Below are positions 59,041 to 64,000 of a stretch of DNA of 64,000 nucleotides, one piece after another. The stretch lies in the NCBI RefSeq assembly GCF_009914755.1, contig NC_060925.1, one strand, 5' to 3'. The position numbers were made by a program, and so were the translations under genes. Position 1 is the stretch's first letter; the number at the start of each line of letters is the position of its first letter. The stretch comes from the human T2T-CHM13v2.0 reference genome, Homo sapiens. The notes under the pieces are model-generated. The model was not told where the DNA came from. It saw nothing but the letters and a program-made list of their open reading frames with translations, and made no database searches.

Positions 59041-62000
59041 GGAAGAGAATGGAATCAACCCAAGTGGAATGGAATGGAATGGAATGGAATTGAATGGAAT
59101 GGAATGGAATGGAATCAACCCGAGTGGAATGCATTGGAATGGAGTGGAATGGAATGGAACGGCATGGAATGCAATGGAATCAACTAGAATGGAATGGAAT
59201 GGAACGGAATGAAATGGAATGAAATCAACCCGATTGGAAAGGAATGGAAAGCAATGGAATGGAATGGAATGCAATCAACTGGAAAGGAATGAAATGGAAT
59301 GGAATGGAATGGAAAGGAATGCAATGGAATGGAATGGAAACAACCCGAGTGGAATGCAATAGAATGGAATGGAATGGAACGGAACGGAATCAACCTGAGC
59401 GGAGTGGAATGGAATGGAATGGAATGGACTGAAATCAACCCGAGTTGAATGGAATGGAATGGAATGGAATGGAATGGAATGGAATCAATGCGAGTGAAAT
59501 GCAATGGAATGGAAAGGAATGGAATGGAATGGAATAAAAACGAGAGGAATGGAATGGAATTGAATGGAATGGAATGGAATGGAATGGAAGGAATAGAATG
59601 GAATGGAAACAACTCGAATGGAAAGGAATTCAATGGAAAGGAAAGGGATGGAATGCAATGGAATGCAATGGTATGGAATGGAGTCAACCCGAGTGGAATG
59701 GAATGGAATGGAATGGAATGAAATGGAAAGGAATGGAATGCAATGGAATGCAGTGGAATGGAATAAACACCAGTAGAATGGAATGGAATGGAAGGGAATG
59801 GAATGGAATGGAATGGAATGGAATGGAATGGAATGGAACGGAATCAACCAGAGTGGAATGCAATGGAATGGAATGAAATGGAATGGAATGAAATCAACCC
59901 GAATGGAACGGATTGGAAGAGAGTGGAATGGAATGGAATGGCATGGAATGCAATGGAATCAACTAGAAAGGAATGGCATGGAACAGAATGGACAGGAATG
60001 GACAGGAATGGAATGGAATGGAATGGAATGGAATGGAATGTAATGGAATGGAATGGAATGGAGTGGAATGGCATAGTAATGGAATGGAATGGAATGAAAT
60101 CAACCAGATTGGAATGGAATGGAATGCAATGGAATGGAATGGAATCATCTGGAAAGGAATCAAATGGAACGGAATGGAATGGAATGGAATCAACCCAAGT
60201 GGAAAGCAATGGAATGGAATGGAATGGAATGGAATGGAATGGAATGGAAGGGAATCAACCCGAGTGGAATGGATTGGAATGGAGTGGAATGGAATGGAAC
60301 GGTATGGAATGCAATGGAATCAACTAGAATGGAATAGAATTGAATGGATTGGAAAGGAATTGAACAGAATCAACCTGAGTGGAATGGAATGGAATGAATG
60401 GAATGGAATGGAATGGATACTAATGGAATGGAAGGGAAAGGAAACAACCCGAGTGGAATAGAATGCAATGGAATGCAATGGAATGGAATGGAATGGAATG
60501 GAATTCAATGTAATGGAAACAAACCGAGTGGAATGTGATGGAATGGAAAGGACTGTTCTGTAATGGAATGGATTGGAATCAACCCGATTCCAAGGCAATG
60601 GAATGGAATGGAATGGAATGGAATGGAATCAACCCGAGTGGAATGCAATGGAATGGAATGGATTGGAATGGAATGGAATGGAATGGAATGGAATGGAATA
60701 GAATGGAATGGAATCAACTCGAGTGGAAAGGAATGGAATGGAAATGAATGGAATGGAAAGGAAAGGCATGGAATGAAAAGGAATGCAATGGTATGTAATG
60801 GAGTCAACCCGAGTGGAACGGAATGGAATGGAATGGAATGAAAATGAATGGAATGCAATGCAATGGAATGGAGTGGAATGGAATAAACACCAGTGGAAGG
60901 GAATGCAAGGGAATGGAGTAGACTGGAATAAACAACAGTGGAATGGAATGGAATGGAATGGAATGGAATGGAATGGAATGGAATCAACCCTAGTGGAATG
61001 GATTGGAATGGAGTGGAATCGAATGGAACGGCATGGAATGCAATGGAAACAACTAGAATGGAGTGGAATTGAAAGGATTGGAATGGAATCGAACTGAATC
61101 AACCAGAGTGGAATGGAATGGAATGTAATGGAATGAAATCAACCCGAATGGAATGGATTGGAATAGAGTGGAATGGAATGGAACGACATGGAATGCAATG
61201 GAATCAACTAGAATGAAATGGAATGGAATGGAATGGACAGGAATGGAATGCAATGGAATGAAATGGAATGGAATGGAATGGAATGGAATGGAATGGAATG
61301 GAATGCAGTGGAGTGGAATGGAATAGAATGGAATGGAATGGAATGAAATCAGCCCGACTGGAATGGAATGGAATGGAATGGAATGGAATGGAATGGAATC
61401 ATCTGGAAAGGAATCAAATGGAACGGAATGGAATGGAATGGAATGCAATGGAATGGAATCAACCCGAGTGGAATGCAATGGAATGGAATGGAATGGAATG
61501 GAATGGAATGGAATGGAATGGAATCAACCCGAGTGGAATGCATTGGAATGGAGTGGAATGGAATGGAACGGCATGGAATGCAATGGAATCAACTAGAATG
61601 GAATGGAATTGAATGGATTGGAAGGGAATCGAACGGAATCAACCCGAGTGGAATGGAATGGAGTGGAATGGAATGAATGGATTGGAATGGAATGGAATGG
61701 AAAGGAATGGAATGGAATGGAGTGGAATGGAATAGAATGGAATGGAATGGAATGAAATCAACCCGATTGGAATGGAATGGAATGCAATGGAATGGAATGG
61801 AATCATCTGGAAAGGAATCAAATGGAACGGAATGGAATGCAATGGAATGGAATGGAATCATCTGGAAAGGAATTAAATGGAACGGAATGGAATGGCATGG
61901 AATGGAATCAACCCGAGTGGAATGCAATGGAATGGAATGGAATGGAATGGTATGGAATGGAATGGAATGGAATGGAATGGAATCAACCCTAGTGGAATGG

Positions 62001-64000
62001 ATTGGAATGGAGTGGAATGGAATGGAACGGCATGGAATGCAATGGAATCAACTAGAATGGAGTGGAATTGAAAGGATTGGAATGGAATCGAACTGAATCA
62101 ACCTGAGTGGAATGGAATGGAATGGAATGGAATGAAATCAAACCGAATGGAATGGATTGGAATAGAGTGGAATAGAATGGAACGACATGGAATGAAATGG
62201 AATCAACTAGGATGAAATGGAATGGAATGGAATGGACAGGAATGGAATGCAATGGAATGAAATGTAATGGAATGGAATGGAATGGAATGGAGTGGAGTGG
62301 AATGGAATAGAATGGAATGGAATGGAATGAAATCTGTCCTACTGGAATGGAATGGAATGTAATGGAATGGAATGGAATCATCTGGAAAGGAATCAAATGG
62401 AACGGAATGGAATGGAATGGAATGGAATGGAATGGAATCAACCCGAGTGGAATGCAATGGAATGGAATGGAATGGAATGGAATGGAATGGAATCAACCAG
62501 AGTGGAATGCATTGGAATGGTGTGGAATGAAATAGAACGGCATGGAATGCAATGGAATCAACTAGAATGGAATGGAATTGAATGGATTGGAATGGAATTG
62601 AACGGAATCAAAACGAGTGGAATCGAATGGAATGGAATGAAATGAATGGATTGGAATGGAATGGAATGGAATGCAATGGAATGGAATGGAATCAACCCCA
62701 TTGGAATGGAATGGAGTGGAATGGAAAGGAATCCCCCCGAGAGTAATGCAATGTACTGGAATGGAATGCAATGGAATGGAATGGAATGGAATGGAATGCA
62801 ATGAATGAAATGGAATGGAATGGAATGGAATGAAATGGAATGGAATGTAATGAAAAGGAATGGAGTGGAATGCAATAAACACCAGTGGAATGGAATGGAA
62901 TGGAAGGGAATAGAATCAACCCGAGTGGAATGGAATGGAACGGAATGGAATGGAATGGAATGGAATGCAATGGTATGTAATGGAGTCAACCCGAGTGGAA
63001 TAGAATGGAATGGAATGGAATGAAAATGAATGGAGTGCAGTGCAATGGAATGGAGTGGAATGGAATAAACACCAGTGGAAGGGAATGCAATGGAATGGAA
63101 AGGAATGGAATGGAATGGAATAAACACGAGTGGAATGGAATGGAATGGAATGAAATGGAATGGAATGGAATGGAATAGAATGGAATGGAAGCAACTCGAG
63201 TGGAAAGGAATGGAATGGAAAGGAATGGATTTGAAAGGAAAGGAATGGAATGCAATGGAATGCAATGGTATGGAATGGATTCAACCCGAGTGGAATGGAA
63301 TGGAATGGAATGGAATAAACACCAGTGGAATGGAGTGGAATGGAAGGGAAAGGAATGGAATGGAATGGAATCAACCAGAGTGGAATGCAATGGAATGGAA
63401 TGAAATGGAATGGAATGATATCAACCCGAATGGAACGGATTGGAATAGAGTGGAATGGAATGGAACGGCATGGAATGCAATGGAATCAAATAACATGGAA
63501 TGGAATGGAATGGAATGGAATGGACAGGAATGGAATGGAATGGAATGGAATGGAATGGAATGGAGTGGAATGGAATAGAATGGAATGGAATGGAATGAAA
63601 TCAACCCGATTGGAATGGAAAGGAATGCAATGGAATGGAATGGAATCATCTGGAAAGGAATCAAACGGAATGGAATGGAATGGAATGGAATGGAATGGAA
63701 TGCAATGGAATCAACCCGAGTGGGATGGAATGGAATGCAATTGAATGGAATGGAATGGAATGGATTGGAATCAACCCGAGTGGAATGGATTGGAATGGAG
63801 TGAATGGAATGGAACGGCATGGAACCCAATGGAATCAACTAGAATGGAATGGAATTGCATGGATTGGAATGGAATCGAAAGGAATCAACCTGAGTGGAAT
63901 GGAATGGAATGGAATGAATGGAATGGAATGGAATGGATACTAATGGAATGGAATGGAAAGGAAAGAACCCGAGTGGAATAGAATGCAATGGAATGCAATG

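Larger units (their letters stand above)
1..64000 (+). repeat. Human Satellite III (HSat3) array, (GGAAT)n/(CATTC)n with interspersed CAACCCGA(G/A)T decamers; pericentromeric/acrocentric-type heterochromatin
   Basis: Seen: GGAAT and single-base variants (GCAAT, GAAAT, GGAAA, GGAGT, GGATT, GTAAT) fill the window end to end, and CAACCCGAGT-type decamers recur throughout (e.g. 212, 661, 721). Established: the pentamer plus CAACCCGA(G/A)T is the classical definition of satellite 3. Chromosome and subfamily cannot be assigned by eye. Confidence 0.97.

Noticed and set aside
1-64000. Hundreds of ORFs, up to 392 aa (e.g. 43089-44267 -, 50002-51147 -, 29680-30693 +)
   Set aside because: Pure GGAAT/ATTCC has no stop codon in any frame, so every frame gives (MEWNG)n or (IPFHS)n. 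The ORFs overlap in all six frames and show no domains or gene structure.
1-64000. CRISPR-like pattern of a recurring decamer with variable intervals
   Set aside because: The intervals are the same pentamer repeat rather than unique spacers. There is no 23-47 bp constant repeat and no cas gene.
1-64000. SCA31-type (TGGAA)n expansion / poly-WNGME product
   Set aside because: The array is 64 kb or more, is heavily interrupted by satellite 3 decamers, and has no unique or (TAAAA)n flanks.
1-64000. HSat2, alpha satellite or telomeric repeat
   Set aside because: It lacks the dominant GAATCGAATG/ATCATCGAAT 23-26 bp HSat2 pattern, 171-bp monomers, CENP-B boxes and TTAGGG.
1-64000. Transposon insertion, inversion breakpoint or unique-sequence island
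   Set aside because: No stretch departs from the + strand GGAAT register for more than a few tens of bases. There are no poly(A) tails, target-site duplications or CATTC-oriented blocks.

Overview
The whole 64 kb window is one uninterrupted, single-orientation block of primate (almost certainly human) classical Satellite III (HSat3). It consists of (GGAAT)n pentamers on the + strand, punctuated every few tens to ~150 bp by the diagnostic decamer CAACCCGAGT/CAACCCGAAT and its variants. I see no genuine protein gene, RNA gene, transposon insertion, inversion or CRISPR array. All listed ORFs are (MEWNG)n/(IPFHS)n read-outs of the pentamer. I find no support for a novel gene-encoded system. The real structure lies in the satellite itself: a reused ~400 bp module carrying a perfect 9-bp hairpin (ATTGGAATC-N5-GATTCCAAT), regionally restricted variant markers, many recent tandem duplications (45-790 bp), dispersed 1-2 kb block copies at irregular offsets rather than a fixed higher-order repeat, CpG-decay variants of the decamer, and recurrent AATAAA(CA) motifs on the G-rich strand. 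Coordinates were read by eye. Block boundaries are approximate and counts are lower bounds.
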